A stretch of DNA of 64,000 nucleotides from assembly GCA_051294905.1 (NCBI GenBank), contig CM119371.1, positions 22,756,001-22,820,000 on the forward strand, written 5' to 3'. The stretch's first letter is position 1; every line of letters starts with the position of its first letter. The notes under the pieces are model-generated. The model had not been told where the DNA came from, did no database searches, and was given only the letters and a program-made list of their open reading frames with translations. This DNA is from Botryllus schlosseri (taxonomy: Eukaryota). Shown here piece by piece: positions 27,701 through 41,619 of this stretch. The translations under genes and the position numbers were made by a program.

Positions 27701-28234
27701 TTCTACCATACGTCAGGGCACACAGGGATAAATGGCTGATGACATGCTCTCAAATTTATGCCATTGCTTCAAAAGGAACATGGTGACTATGAAACGTTCG
27801 AGTAATTTCTAAAAACCCACCGTCACCTACCTTATGCGTTCCTATTAAGTGATAATCATAACGTCTTAAATGCACTGCACGTGCACATATTAGATTCCAT
27901 TTCATGAGCTCCAAATATTTTATTCATTTGCAGGATATTTATTCAACTGTCCGTGTTCATAGATGATTTACATTTACTCATGTATACACATTGAAGCCAA
28001 CACAAGCGCTAGGAATCGATTCCATGCTGTCTCTTATATGCCATTGCTTCGGTAAAATAGGTAGCGAAGCACCATTACCTTAATAATCGTTGGGTTATAT
28101 TTTTCATCTCAACAAATCACACATAATGTACAATGCGAGAAGACACAATGCGATGTCATGAACAGATAGGAGGATGTCGAGCGACACGCATCAGTAGCGA
28201 TTTTTTACTCTAACATTCACCTCGGCCTAGAGTG

Positions 28235-28650
28235 CAGAGATGAGCATGGATTAGGATTAGGTTTTGAAAAAACAGGATTTTTGAAATTTTGTCGGATTTG
28301 GATTATCCATTTTTTTCAGAACGGATTAGGATTTGGATTGGATTTAACTATTTTCTGGGAGATTTAAATGTCGTGTGGCGAATGGCGACAAACTTTATTC
28401 AGATCAGGTATTAATGTACTTATGGTTACCAAGTTATCTTGAATCAAGTGAATCGTTGGTTGTGAAAGAAAATTTTCGAATCCCTCCATTGCATAAATTA
28501 GTATTTTTTCTGAATTTCCAGTTGGAATCGGATTAGGATTGGACATGGACTTAAATATGAAAAAATTATGGAATAGGATTTGGATTTGGATTTGAAGTTT
28601 CAGATTTGGATTGGATTAGGACATAGAAATTTCAAATCCGCTCATCTCTG
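28235..28650 (-). mobile_element. hAT MITE, inverted copy of 14414-14840
   Basis: Same TIR CAGAGATGAGC; its own perfect 8-bp TSD CTAGAGTG; body is a near reverse complement of 14414-14840. Confidence 0.92.
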
Positions 28651-29116
28651 CTAGAGTGCCCGATGTCACAGTTATTTTCGATATTGTTCTTTTTTTGAAG
28701 CCGCGGCTTTTTGTACTAGTTCTTTCCATTCCTTGTGAGTGCTTTCATTCGTCGGGTCTTCTTCGTGGCTTTTTTGTCGCCGTAGGAACGGCAACCTTAG
28801 TCCTCGCTCATTCGATTATTTTTTTTACGATTTTAATAGATTCCTTTACTAAACCTTGCTTGTTATCGCCCAAGCATCATAAATTCTCTGTAAGAACTGC
28901 TACTTGATGTGACCTGTTTTTAGGTCCGTATCCTCTTACTCGGTTTTTGTACAATGAGATTCCAATCTGGTCTATTCCACGAAAGTAACGTTAGGTATCC
29001 TGAATCCATTCAATAGATTGGGATTGGAAATTAAATCGAGTGCCTTACTGATTCGAGTCCGAATGCAGTATTATGTTTAGAGTCGATTAGAGTATCACCG
29101 TAATGACATCTTATAA

Positions 29117-30189
29117 CAGAGGTCTCAAACTCAAATGTGCTCGCGGGCCAATTTCCTAGTTTTTGATGTTATACCGCGGGTCGCAGCATCAATGATAGAG
29201 CTATTAAATGTATTTTCAAATATGCCCTATCTGACGGGATCTTGTAGACTGCTGACATTCCACACAATTCGTGAAAATGTGAGGTAGGCCTACTATCGTA
29301 ATATTCACGCCTGACACGAAAAAAATCACTTTTTTTAAATAATTGAATAAAATTGTTGATGTAATTGGCATAACTTATCAAGATATTGAGATACAGACAC
29401 AATGCAAGGGGACAAATGCATCATGACAACGTGAATGCTTTGGCATTACAATTTTGAAACTAGCGGATAGCTGATAAATTACAACATAAATTTATTGTGT
29501 CATGGTAAAGAACTGTCCAATCGCCTAACAATCCATTGGTGTCACAGGTGTCGAACGTACTACTTTGTTATTCGCCACGTTTAATTGGATAATAATTCGA
29601 TAATAACATGGATAGATATGCAAGATGTAGCCAAGATGTAACTAACTATATATTAAGGCGACAACATAACGCCATGGTTGCCATACCGGCTTGCTTATAG
29701 ATAACGAAATCCGCTACGATACGCAACGCCGGCTACGACCTTCTTATATATTAGTATTCATCATGACAGTTTGATAGTTCGTTGCGTCCATAGCCTTACC
29801 AACCCGAGGCGTTTCCAAGTCACAAGTCATTCTCTGTAACGTCTTTGTACCGACTCAACTAAAGTCATTTTCATCATTTATACCCCGTCGCTATCAGTCC
29901 GAGTGCAAGTGATTCTACGGAAGATCGCGGATACGCTTAAATCACAACTTTCAGTCACAAATCATCATAATAGCTGGTCTGCCACTGCACGGTAGCCTTT
30001 GAGAGTGTTGCAATATTGAAGTTTGACGACTAGTTTAGGGTTTTCGGGCAGTTTAGGAGTGAATTTCAAGCTCTCAAATCCAAAAAGTATATGTGGCGGT
30101 TAAGTAATGCCGCATACTTGAAAATAAATCCAAAATGCCGACGCGGGCCGCACAAAATGGACTCGCGGGCCGCGTGTTTGAGACCTCTG
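29117..30189 (+). mobile_element. hAT-type non-autonomous element
   Basis: TIRs CAGAGGTCTCAAAC / GTTTGAGACCTCTG; 8-bp flanks TCTTATAA / TCTTATAC (7/8). Confidence 0.85.
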
Positions 30190-30459
30190 TCTTATACACT
30201 ACAGAAGACGCGGAAAGTTTACCTTTGATTCCACCAAAAACAAAACATTACCAGCAGTTGCACATACTAAAAACTGAATGTGCTCGGTATAACTGTGCCA
30301 TGTCATAGCACATTATCATTACGCCTCATAACTTTTCAAAAAATTATGTCCCTCGAACACCGAATAATGGTCGAATCTTGGTCTCAAGAATAGCACGGCG
30401 AGAAAAAAGATTCGACACGATCATTTTCAATGTTAAGATTCTTGATAGTCGCTCCAAGG

Positions 30460-31410
30460 CAGTGGTTCCTACGTTATTTTGTGGCATCTCGCGATCCTAG
30501 CCTCGCATATCAAAATGAATGCATTCTTAATGTCAGTAACCTACATATTAACGCGAATGTATGATATAGGTGCACACTGCACACAGTCAGTTGTACGCAA
30601 TGAAGTTCCATGAAACATATGTGGCGCACGTAATTTGAAATCTGAGTGCAGCAGTATTTTCGTATGGGACGCATTTATACTATGCTCAGATTTCAAGGAC
30701 GAAACTATTCAGTGCCGACCATTTCAAAGACTGGACATATCAACATCGAAGGTTTTGGTCAACCAGCTACGATCATGTTGGGTCAAGGTCTTTCCGCTGC
30801 CGATCTTTTTGGCACCTTACTTAGTCCAGCCGCTTGTTGGCCAAACTTGCATATCTTCGTGTGTCCCGGCGTGGATAGAGTCGGCCGCGAAATACTTGTG
30901 TCTGATAGTCCCCACTCGACCTACTATCACCAAAGTATCCCAACGATATCAGGTGGCGTCAACCGATACTAGGAATATGCAGTTATTTCGCGATTGGGAG
31001 TACAGTTCGATTCATTTCTGTAAATTATTGTGCTTATTAAAAAAAACGGGGTGCGTCAGTTACGGCTCCGCTCTTTCCCTCTATCCCGCCGGACCATTAC
31101 CAGCACAAGTTAGAGCTTTCCGCAGAAACCAATGTCAGATAAATCTCTCTTGACATCAAACCAATCTTTGTAATACAAAGGTCGGCACATATGGCGATCA
31201 AGCCGTGTTGTCGTAATCACAGTTCTGCGTGTCTCGCTTACTGGCTATATGGCTCGTGTAACACATGATACGTACGAACTAGCCATAAGAAATTGTGCGA
31301 ATCGCGAAGAAACATCGCTTTGCAAGTAATTCAGCAAAAGTGACATATGTATAAAAATATTGCTCTGTTGCGGTCGCGATCCAAATTTATACCCTTCGCG
31401 ATCCATACAT
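30460..31410. mobile_element. Old hAT-type element, inverted relative of the outer layer of 33228-36616
   Basis: Begins CAGTGGTTC; 30570-31400 is a diverged reverse complement of 33250-33374 joined to 35835-36520. Right boundary approximate. Confidence 0.6.
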
Positions 31411-31701
31411 GCGATAAGGGGAGTGTGATTCCCGTACAATAACATATATACTTCCAAGACCGAACTGAAATGATTAAATTCAAATCTCGATGCGTATTAG
31501 AATACCATAATTGCTGTGCTCAGCCCTATATAGAATACCGAAGATACGACAACAGTACGTTGTACCCTTTTCAAATAATGACTTAGTTGAAACGACTCCG
31601 GCTCTACACTTGACCAAATGCTGAGCTATTTAAGATTACTTTAATCATCTAATTATCGCCGAATTGACCTTCCTGGCATTAGAGACTATACCATACTGTT
31701 A

Positions 31702-31988
31702 GTGGCGAGATAGCGCAGTGGTATAATGCGCGGCTGCAACACCAATGGGTGCGGGTTCGAGTCCGACCGAGGTCGGCTTCCTAATTCCGATACCTAAGTG
31801 TTGGAGGTTTACCTAGGCTCCTCCTCGCCACCTCATCCGCGTCAGCGGTGTCTTACAAAAGCCTAGAGGTGGGCCGTGCTATAAGTCGGCAGTTACGGAA
31901 AATAAGAAGAATATCGGCCTGGTGTAAATGACCATAGTAGTCGACATACACCACGAGTACCCCAAAACAAACAAACAAACAAAACCAA
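31702..31988 (+). mobile_element. Full-length tRNA-derived SINE
   Basis: Pol III A box TAGCGCAGTGG and B box GGTTCGAGTCC, a tRNA-unrelated body, (AAAC)n tail, and flanking direct repeat ACTGTTA. Other copies at 20263, 12575 and about 13990. Confidence 0.88.
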
Positions 31989-34006
31989 ACTGTTAAAAAG
32001 ACTCTCTTGTGTGTACTAATGACGAATGAAAGGCATAAACGCTGTGCCATTGAATGATGTAAACAACCACAAGAGGGTGTAACCGTGTACATGTGTAATT
32101 GAATCTTTTGTCCATTCCAAATATTTGATCTCTAATACTTTTGAATCATACAATAGTTAACTTCGCCGTACATACGTAATTGACGTGATTTTTGTAATAA
32201 TACCAGTTAGCACACTTTTAATCCGGCCGATGGCTGTTCGCTCACATAGATATAATTCACGAAAAACATTAGACATGAACGTATTAAATAGTCCAGGTCA
32301 AGGTTAGAGGTCCGGTAAGCCTTCATGTTCCGCATCCTTCTGTACTTAGGAGCTACATGATAGCTAATGAACCTCGTCGGCTGCATTACCGCGTCAAGCA
32401 TGTCGAAATGTGTGGCGCAGTGTGTAAAGCACTGAGCACTATTTTTGCCGCAGTCCTGACTGAGCTCTTCGTTCATTCAATATTTTGGCTGCAAGGTCTC
32501 TTTACCAAGCCTTGCTTATTGTCACCATCACGTCATAAAATGACAAGCTCATTTTTCGCCGGTAATGCATCATGTAATCGAAATTTCGATCGATTAGGTG
32601 TGAATGGACTTTTATATAGTGAACTCCCAGAAATGTGTACTTTTCTTCGAATGGCCTAGACGTCACTTTTAATTTACGAGCTATTGTTGATAAACATGTC
32701 TGCGTTTCGTCGCCCATTCCAAACAGGCTCTTACTTTTGCAGCTTTTAATTCCAGCCAAACCAAAAACCATGTCCATGTATAACGGCGAAGATGGAAAAT
32801 AATTACAATGTTATGTTATAATTGCAAGGTGCTGACATATTTCGTTATATGTATGAACGAATACGTAAATATTATCGATTATAAAACGTATTAAAGACAT
32901 TGATCACACAAATGTTCAATTTTCTGATAGATAGTTACTGGCCACAGCATATCAACAAAACATTTAGTGAATGACTATATTTTGGGAGTTCAAATCAGTC
33001 GTCATTCAACATTACATATGTTATTTATCAGCTATAGAAACAGTTAGGGCGAGTACCGGTCGTATATGCGCAATAGCGCATGTCTCAATTAATATATTTA
33101 TACAGTTATTTACAAAATCACAAAGAGATCAACGGCACTCCTGAGAATCTGTGGCGGCATACAATTTTGGAATCATGCCATGAAACCCCGGGATATATCT
33201 TCATAATGGTGCCTCGGCTCATTCAAACAGGGGTTCTTAAAGTATGGATAGCGACTCAAACATGCGTCGAGAAGAGTATAAATTTGGGCCGTGTCTACCC
33301 CAAAGCGATTACTAAACTTCTTGCAACAACAAATTTCTTTGCGCCTTGCGCGATATCCTGCGCATGGTTCGTACGAGTGTTGGGATCAAGTCACTACCTT
33401 CAAGTCACGAGTCATTTCGAGTCATTGCACATTTTGACTCGAGTCAAGTCAAGTCAATCGATTTTCGAAGGTGACTCGAGTCAAGTCAAGCCACTCGATT
33501 TTTGGAGGTGACTCGAGTCAAGTCGAGTCAATTCAAGTAAAGTCACGAGTCAAGTCACAATTCAAGTCAAGTTGCCTTTTCGAAGTATGAGGCATGGTTA
33601 CGTCATTGCATTTTGCTAGTTGTCTGAAATAAAGATTGAGTGGTCATTGATTCTGAACCAAGGACCGAATATACAGTTAAATATACACGCAAGAAAGCGC
33701 TGTATCGCTCTCATATAGCCTACGTACCACTGCTAAACTACCTACGTAATTGCATAGCCTCAGTTTATATTTACCAACCAAAATAGAGAATAGCTGCAAT
33801 ACATTACCCATTTACAAATTGATATGATAGAATTCGAGGTTGCGCCAATGGTTGATGACTGAATAACTATATTCGAATTCAATTTCAATAAAACAAGAGG
33901 TTTGGTTAAGGTCAGAACAGAATACAATAAGATGCAATACATTACCCATTTGCAAATTGATATGATACAATTCGAGCTTGCGCCAATAGTTGATGACTAT
34001 ATAAAC

Positions 34007-35437
34007 CAGGGGTCTCCAACACGCGGCCCGCGGGCCGCATGCGGCCCGCGAGGTCATATTTTGCGGCCCGCGACCTGATTTGTGGAAATTTCGGAATAAC
34101 GCTTACTGAAGCATTTTGAAATGCTGAAATGGATTCAGTTTAAACATATTGTTGTTGGTGTTCAAAGTAAGCCATTGTACTGTGCCCAATATCACTATTC
34201 CTCGCTATCTGAATCGGCTTCGGCATGGAAATATCATTCCATGGAGGACGAATTTGCCGATATTAGTGGGCATATTGCCTTGACGTGAAATGGCTCACCA
34301 TTGCCAAGACTGAGACGTTTGAAAAACGACTTTGGGCTCTCCAAAAGACCATGCTTTACGATGAGATAGATTTCCAGCTAGTAGGCCACCGTGTCTAGCT
34401 AACCCCAATATCGATTCTTCAATCCAGGGGTGCCCAATCTGCTGCAGTAGAAGGAAATCATGCGACCGTTGACACTTAATTCATTTAGGATGTGGGCGGC
34501 CGTCAATATGCAAATTGAATGTGCGAATTGACTCCCTAATTAATGAGAGGTTTGAATTATTCTTGAATTTTTTTTCGCGCTACGCTCGGTTCAATGCCAG
34601 TAGATTTTCGATTTTAATATAGTAGTGTCCTTTTTAATCTGAGTGCCACAGTACAGATGCAAACAGTAGATGAAAATGATACATGCGCCCCATAAAGAAA
34701 TACAATTTTTAATCGTATTTTCCTCACCACGAATGAAATTTTTTTCTGGTAGGCCTTCATTTGGGCGAATCAAATATATTTCACTATACCGACAAATCTG
34801 ATCGGAGGTCAAGAAATAACTGCATGCGACAAAGGAGAATAATAGGAATTGGCACACCCAAAGATGCAGCACAGCATTAATATTAATTTTCTCAACTTTT
34901 CGAATTAACCCTGTGCATCAAATCTACCGGTAAATCTCATCACATGGGCCGAGAAATGATAAATATTTGATAGAAATATGTGAAACTATATACTAATAAT
35001 CAATGGCGAAATTCACTCATATAAATGAAAAAATTTGCGCGCTTAGCGCGACTACTGAACTGCACCCGTTTGCGGCCGCAGGCTACATGAGTAATTGAAA
35101 TGCGCCCGTGAATAACAAAAAGGCTGACCACCCCTGTTTTAATTGCTACAGAGTGTTGTCAGGTATCGTGCGCAGCTCATAGTTCAAAATAGAATGAAAT
35201 TGATGATCATGATATTTTTTCTTGTATTTGTGTTTTTTCAATAGAATATTATTTCTTTTGTGGTGACTATGCCCGTCGCCCATGTTAGAGAGCACAGATT
35301 TGTAATAACGTATAGTTATGAAACGTGGTTGTTAAATTACGTTGCCTCTTTTATTCTCGATATTGAAGTCGTGCGGCCCGCGGCCTCTAAAAATTTTCAA
35401 AAGTGGCCCGCGACCCATTTTGAGTTGGCGACCCCTG
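34007..35437. mobile_element. hAT-type element (nest layer 3)
   Basis: TIRs CAGGGGTCTCCAAC / GTTGGCGACCCCTG; perfect 8-bp TSD ATATAAAC. Confidence 0.88.
34425..35136. mobile_element. hAT-type element (nest layer 4, innermost)
   Basis: Ends CAGGGGTG...CACCCCTG; flanks CTTCAATC / TTTTAATT (5/8, all differences C/T). The segment is absent at the matching position of the 13220-13900 relative. Confidence 0.7.
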
Positions 35438-37707
35438 ATATAAACTATATTGGAAATTACTTTACAATACTAGTTTACGACCTCGTAAGCTATAAGCTTC
35501 GATCACTTAGTTTGCGGTCAATGTATTTGTGAACGAACAATGGAGGCACATTGAAACGCACGATTATTGAATGATTAGTCGCTCTCACGGGTTACACGAG
35601 CGTTTCGCGAACAATCCGAACATATGCAAGATACAATGATTTTTATCGAAACCGCGATTACTTGATAACTTGAAATTGACTCGTGAATTTTGCTCCGAGT
35701 CACGAGTCAATCCACAGTTTTGATACGCCGAGTCAAGTCGAGTCAAGTGATTTTAGCAAAGTGACTCGAATCAAGTCAAGTCATACGAAAAAAGTGACTC
35801 TAGTCAAGTCATGACTCAAGTATTCCCAACACTGGTTCGTACGTGTACAAGGTCCCTGTGTTGAGTGCTATAGCTAATAAGCGAGACACGCAGATAAGTC
35901 GTTACGACAATGGCATGATCATGTACCGACCTTTGCATTACACAAAATGATTTGAGGTAATGATAAGATTTGTCCGACATAGGTTATTCCAGAATGGCCT
36001 TACTTGGGGGGGGGGTAATACTCGGGCAGGGTAGAGGGAGGAAAACAGCGCGGTTATAACTGCCGCACTCGATATTTTTAATACGCATCAGTATTCATAG
36101 AAATGAATCAACTTTATTCCTAATTGTGAAAGAGCAGTATATTCCTAGCATCGCTTAACGCTGCCAGAGACCGCTGTGGTGCTTTAATCCAGGTGTGCGC
36201 AACGGCATTTGGAGGCTCCCTTCCCGCCCGCGCCGGGACACACGAACACACAAAGTTTTGGCCTACATGCGGCTGGTCAAAATACGGTGTAAAAACGCCG
36301 GATAAATGCGATAAAATCTTGGCCGAAAATTACTATTGCTGGTTGCTCAAAACATTCAATATTGATTAGTCGGATCGTTGAAGTGGTGGGCACCGATTAG
36401 TCTCGTCCTTGTATTCTGAGCCCCGCAGTACAATTGTGGCCCGCAGAAGAAAATTATACACCCCAATATGACATCGCATATACATCACACATATTTCATA
36501 GAACTGCATTGCGTACAACTGGTTCTCCGCGTCTTCTCTATTTCATGATGCCCGTCGCGAGATCAAGTAGAACTCAGATTCGGGTCGCGGCCTCAAATGA
36601 AGTTTAAGAACCACTGCATTAAACTACGTGGAGCTGGTGTGAAGGTCAAAATGCACATAAGAAAGGACAACCGGAATAACTTGGACCCCACGACACCGTG
36701 TAAATCTGTTAAACACACCTATTTCCTACCTCTTTGCTTACGAGGTGTGACCAGAAAAGTGCGGGACTGTTATAAATCTATTTAATAATCATCTAAATTG
36801 AGTCTAACAGCCCGTGTCGTTTTAATAGACGCCTAAGCAGCGTGTGTAAGAAGAAAGACAGAGCAACCTGAATTCAATATCCCCTTTCCGTGAATTCCCG
36901 AACATGCCCACCCGACAGAAGAACAACAACGGTTTACGGCGCGTTTTAACACGACACGGGTAATTGACCTAGAATAGGAAGTTGACATTTCCTTAAATAT
37001 TAATACGTGTCATGGCACCATGACTGAGCACTTAAATTTCGTCATGAGCTACCTACCAGGTGATAACGGGTACTCGATTGAGTGCATACTTTTTGCGTCA
37101 TATCCGAGTATAACCAGCAGCGATTCGTTGAGCAGCGATTTATATCGTAATACAAGAACTGGCTACTGCTTAAGGCACTAGAGAATCGCTCAAAAGACAT
37201 ATTCAGACACTAAAATTAATTTAATAATACCTGTATGGACATAACGTATCCAAAGCGAATTCATTAAATTAAAATCTTCTGCAAACCACACTTTATTTAC
37301 AGGGTAAACGTGGTGCACGAAAACACATCCAGCCTCATAATTCAAATATACTCGTTCTCAGGATGTCGATCGAATATTTCAGAGGATGCGTTTGTGACTG
37401 AACATCATTTTCTGATTTTCGTGTTTCAATTTATTTATTGGACGGTTTTGGGTCAATCATCATTACCAATCGCTATTTTTCTTGTACCAGATACATTAAG
37501 TCGCTATATAGCTGGATTCATTGGGTTACTTTGCGGAAAATACGGTTCTGCTTGATTCGTGGTGTGTTTAGACCTTAGATTAAAACTTTGTCGAGAAATT
37601 TATATCTGAGAATCGACACCGAATTGGCAGCGCTGTGAAGTACATTGCACATACACACTGTCTGTACAGTGTACATATGCAGAACATGCCTGTATTGCGT
37701 ACATTAC

Positions 37708-37790
37708 ATTCTCGGTGATGTCCATTCTCGTTGGTTTCCATTCTCGGTAACGTCCATTCTCGGTGGTTTCCATTCTCGGTAATGGTTTTC
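37708..37790. repeat. 16-bp minisatellite (CCATTCTCGGT core, about 5 copies)
   Basis: Directly visible tandem units such as ccattctcggtaacgt and ccattctcggtggttt. Confidence 0.8.
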
Positions 37791-38928
37791 TTGGTATTGA
37801 CCGGACACCCCCTATTTACGGATCCGAAAAAGAGGACTTACAATCAGACATTTATTCAGCTAAATCGCTTAGAATTTACTAAAAGAGTTTATTTTTCCGA
37901 GTATTTTTCCTGGTTTCCGTATCTCCTTTTTTCTACTTGAGTTGACCCTTTTGCGCGTCATATGCAGAATATGCCGACCGTGTTAATTAAACATATCTCA
38001 CTGGATATTCAAGTATTTCGCCCCCATCTCCCCTCAGTTGCCTCTTGGATATTTTCGCTCCTTATTTCGCAAATACGCCCACAATGGACGATGCCGTTCA
38101 CGTTGGGAATCACTGATCTAGAGTAAACATCAGGGGTGCCCCTTCATCGTGATATTATTAAATATTAAAAAGAGCAACTACAATGTTTGCAATCCCAACT
38201 CAGAATTTGATGTCATGGAAAGTTGTCACTTCTGAGAGACCTCTCACATATAAAATATAGACAATACACGAAGCAATAATTACGAGCCGCGAGCAAATCG
38301 CGCCGAGCGCGGAAAAATTTTCAATCCAATACATTGTCAAAATAATCACGTGGAATGGTGGAACGCAGAATATACATGTTTTAGCGACTTTATTGTGTAT
38401 AATCGCTTCTATTTTCCGACTTGGGCTTTGCTCGAACGTATACCTGATCACGAACTAAATTTAAAGGTAGAGGCGCGGACCGCACAACATCAATTTTGGC
38501 ACTTCTTTACTCGACGAACAATTTTTGTCTTCATGTCGCAGGTGTTCCGCATAAGAAAGCCATTTGAATACTTTTGGGTTACTATAAAATGTGCTTCTTA
38601 TGAGTGGCATTCTACAAAATATGCCGTAATTGAGTATTATACTCGGAGTGGCTATACTTGAACGCTCTAAGCATCTTTGATTCAAACCCTTGCCTCTTAG
38701 GTTTAGAAGGCATATTGTCCACGACATATATGACATGAACTTATAAGCAAACATCTTATTTCTCTGTGTCCATCTACGCACTCTGCACAGATGTTTGACA
38801 GACAGGCTGCCATCAAATCATCATCTAACTCCTACTACATCCTTACACGCATTCACCAGCTAATATAATTCAGAGCCATCTTCTAATCGGTGCAAGAACC
38901 GGTATCAGTCACAATCTAGCATGTAGAG

Positions 38929-40544
38929 CAGTGGTTCCCAAACTTTTTCAGTGTGAGGGCCAAATTTAGAAATTCAGAGTACGGTCGGGACCGCACGAAT
39001 ACTACGACTATGAAACGGACCCAAAGAGTCATCATAGATATTTCGGAGTAGTTTTATTGCCCTGGCGAGATTTCAAAACTGTAGACAATTTACCGCTACT
39101 TATCTGCTGCATTTGGTGTCCGTTGACTGAGTCAGCTTTTATCGCCTAAACGCGCAAAGCGCGAGAAATTTATTCAGTTTCATCACTGAATCGGTCAATA
39201 TGATCGGGAATTGCATGTATTGCTATCAATTTTAATCCTGTCTCTGTTCACGTAATCTGATTTACCGGTAGAGCTGAGTGAGGTGTGTTTGAAAAGTTAT
39301 AGGCCCCATCAATAGTAATTAAACATCTCCGGGGGTATACTCGTTAACAGGAGCGTAACAGCACTTCGTCAGGACCCCGGGCTCCCATCGGGTGATTAAC
39401 TGACCCCGCATCACGTTGTTTTTGCCACACAATTAAAGTTGTACCGTTTAGTGAGACAGTGCAATGCGCGAATATTTCGATAATTCATGATAAAATCGGT
39501 GAATAAGATCGGGAATTGCATGGTTGTCCTCTCTGCTCACGTAATCAGATTTACCGGTAGAGCTGAGTGAGAGGTGTCTTTGAAACTGCAGACCCCGTAA
39601 AATTAAACATCTTCGGGCGGGCGGACCCCTAGGTATGACTTCTTTACATTATGTTATTTCGTGACCTCCTGTCTGCTATATCAAAAAATGTAGAATTGCC
39701 TAAACCTACTAAACTGAAAGATCACACGATTTAAGATTGGTATTTCTTCACTGGCACATAATTTTATTTCCTGCGGGATGGTATTTGTCTTGTGAGGTTC
39801 AGATTGCCAAGACAAGAACATTCGGCGCCAGTCATTTAGGTGCCTATATAGACAATTAAACCTATATGTATTGTATCTATAACGAAGTTTTTGGTATTTC
39901 GAACATTTTGGTCAGCATAAAAGCAGTCCTTTACGGACAAGGCTTTCTCGCTGCCGATCGTTCTGACACACTTCTTGGAGTCACATGTTACATGGTCTAA
40001 AACTTTATATGTCTTGGTGCGTTGTGGTGCGGTCATGGCCAATGCTGATATGCCCATTTCTATAAATCTTGCGTATTTTTTTGGGGGGAAGAGCACCCAA
40101 TAATCAAGATATGTGACTATTTCGGGAGCTGGACCGGAAAGTTGACCCTTTTTTCAGTCAACCACATGTTAATGTGAAAGAAAAACTGTATTTTTCGGTA
40201 GTTGAGCCTCTTTTTCTTTTTTAGTCAAGCGAGCACGAAGTGGGAAAATCTTACCATTTTTCAGGATTTTCTTCCGGTTTTGAGAGTTATCAATACCTAT
40301 TTATATCTATAGCTACTGCTCGTTCAACTGGAAAGTTAGGGCACATTGCATTGAAACAGCAGTGACGTAACGTCAGCACTCTATACTCACAACTTTCCAG
40401 CAATTTTATAATTAAAAACTACAGAGGCCAAGCCAAGCATGAGTATTTTATAAATATAAATTTTATTTTTTGTCAAAATCGATTTCTTAATATATTTTTG
40501 GGGCCGCAAGAAGGCTATCTGAGGGCCGCGCTTGGGAATCACTG
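38929..40544. mobile_element. hAT-type non-autonomous element, 1.6 kb
   Basis: TIRs CAGTGGTTCCCAA / TTGGGAATCACTG; perfect 8-bp TSD ATGTAGAG; internal diverged direct repeat (about 39190-39330 vs 39490-39615). Confidence 0.85.
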
Positions 40545-41619
40545 ATGTAGAGATATGCATACATAGTGCTTGGTGTTTGGATAATACGACGCTACTATGA
40601 TATTCAAAACCGCAATATAATTAGCATGATTACCGTTGTTGAAACATGTAAGTTCAAGCACGAAGCAAACTCATTTCGATTACATAAATTTCATTTCTGT
40701 CGGGCGACTTCGCGCCCGCTTCAGATGCTTCAGATGCTTTCTCGCGCCCCCCGAGTCTGGCATTCGATGACCGCATATTAGGGCGCCATAAATTCAAATA
40801 ATGACCTGGAATACCGGTTTGGATCCTAGATATGCGGTACGAGAAACTTTTCATGGCTGACCAAGGGGTGCGAGCGCTGAAAAGTGTAACACTGACCTAT
40901 AAAGTTGAAAAATATGACTTTTTATGGATGAAAGGAAAACAATTCCTGTTCACGTCATCGGAAATAATTTCGTGGTACCTGGCAATGAATATTCCACAGC
41001 ACTGTAACCATGCTGCAGTTTGAATGTTTATTCCAATACCACGCTCATCATTATAGGCTTCAATTTTTTAGACACGACCAAACGCGGTTTGAATGCTCCC
41101 ATGGTGAGAGGAAATTGTCAGAACTGTATATCATGTTATTAAAGTAACTCTTAGGGTAAAACGCGCTCATTGTCGTTATATGAAAAATAAAACTTTAACA
41201 CTACAATCGGATTTAAGTACTCGAATCATTGTACCCTGCCTTACCTTAACCATAAAAGCTACCGTTATTTCGAAACACGTATGTAGGCATGAGCAAGCTT
41301 GTACACATAATCGGCTGTTTACTTTGTAATGATATTATCGTTTCCATATGGTTCTATGCTTCGAGGCTATCTACCACGTAACGACTCAAGAAACAGACGA
41401 GGTCACGCCATGCACTTCTGAAAGCGTTTTGCATTTCAATTATATTTATCGTCAATATTTTTATCATTTCAATACACCACAAGACAAACAGTACGGTTTC
41501 AATAGTTCGGCTAGTACTGCATAATATTCATAATGCTGAAAGAACATCGTGAAATTGCTGCAACTGTGGTCATCGATACGTATGACGGTATACCCTTGCA
41601 ACATCAGACAATCGCGCCT

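Larger units (their letters stand above)
33375..35834. mobile_element. hAT-type element with GAGTCAAGTC subterminal arrays (nest layer 2)
   Basis: Ends GAGTGTTGGGA / TCCCAACACTG; perfect 8-bp TSD GTTCGTAC. Similar GACTCGAGTC arrays occur at about 19310-19725 and 23160-23710. Confidence 0.85.
33228..36616. mobile_element. Outermost hAT-type element of a four-layer nest
   Basis: TIRs CAGGGGTTCTTAAA / TTTAAGAACCACTG; 8-bp flanks CATTCAAA / CATTAAAC (6/8). Confidence 0.65.

Noticed and set aside
31702..31775. tRNA-Cys-like gene (A box, GCA-containing loop, B box)
   Set aside because: No convincing acceptor stem, and it continues into a repeated body with tail and TSD, so it is a SINE head.
32480..32780. 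Possible pogo/Tigger transposase remnant (FYDVMVTISKAW), with a related segment at about 28810-28890
   Set aside because: Resemblance is short and interrupted by stops, and no TIRs or TA TSD were identified.
39836..40110. Possible hAT dimerisation-domain remnant inside the 38929-40544 element
   Set aside because: Only a vague resemblance; the diagnostic SxxxERxFS motif is absent.
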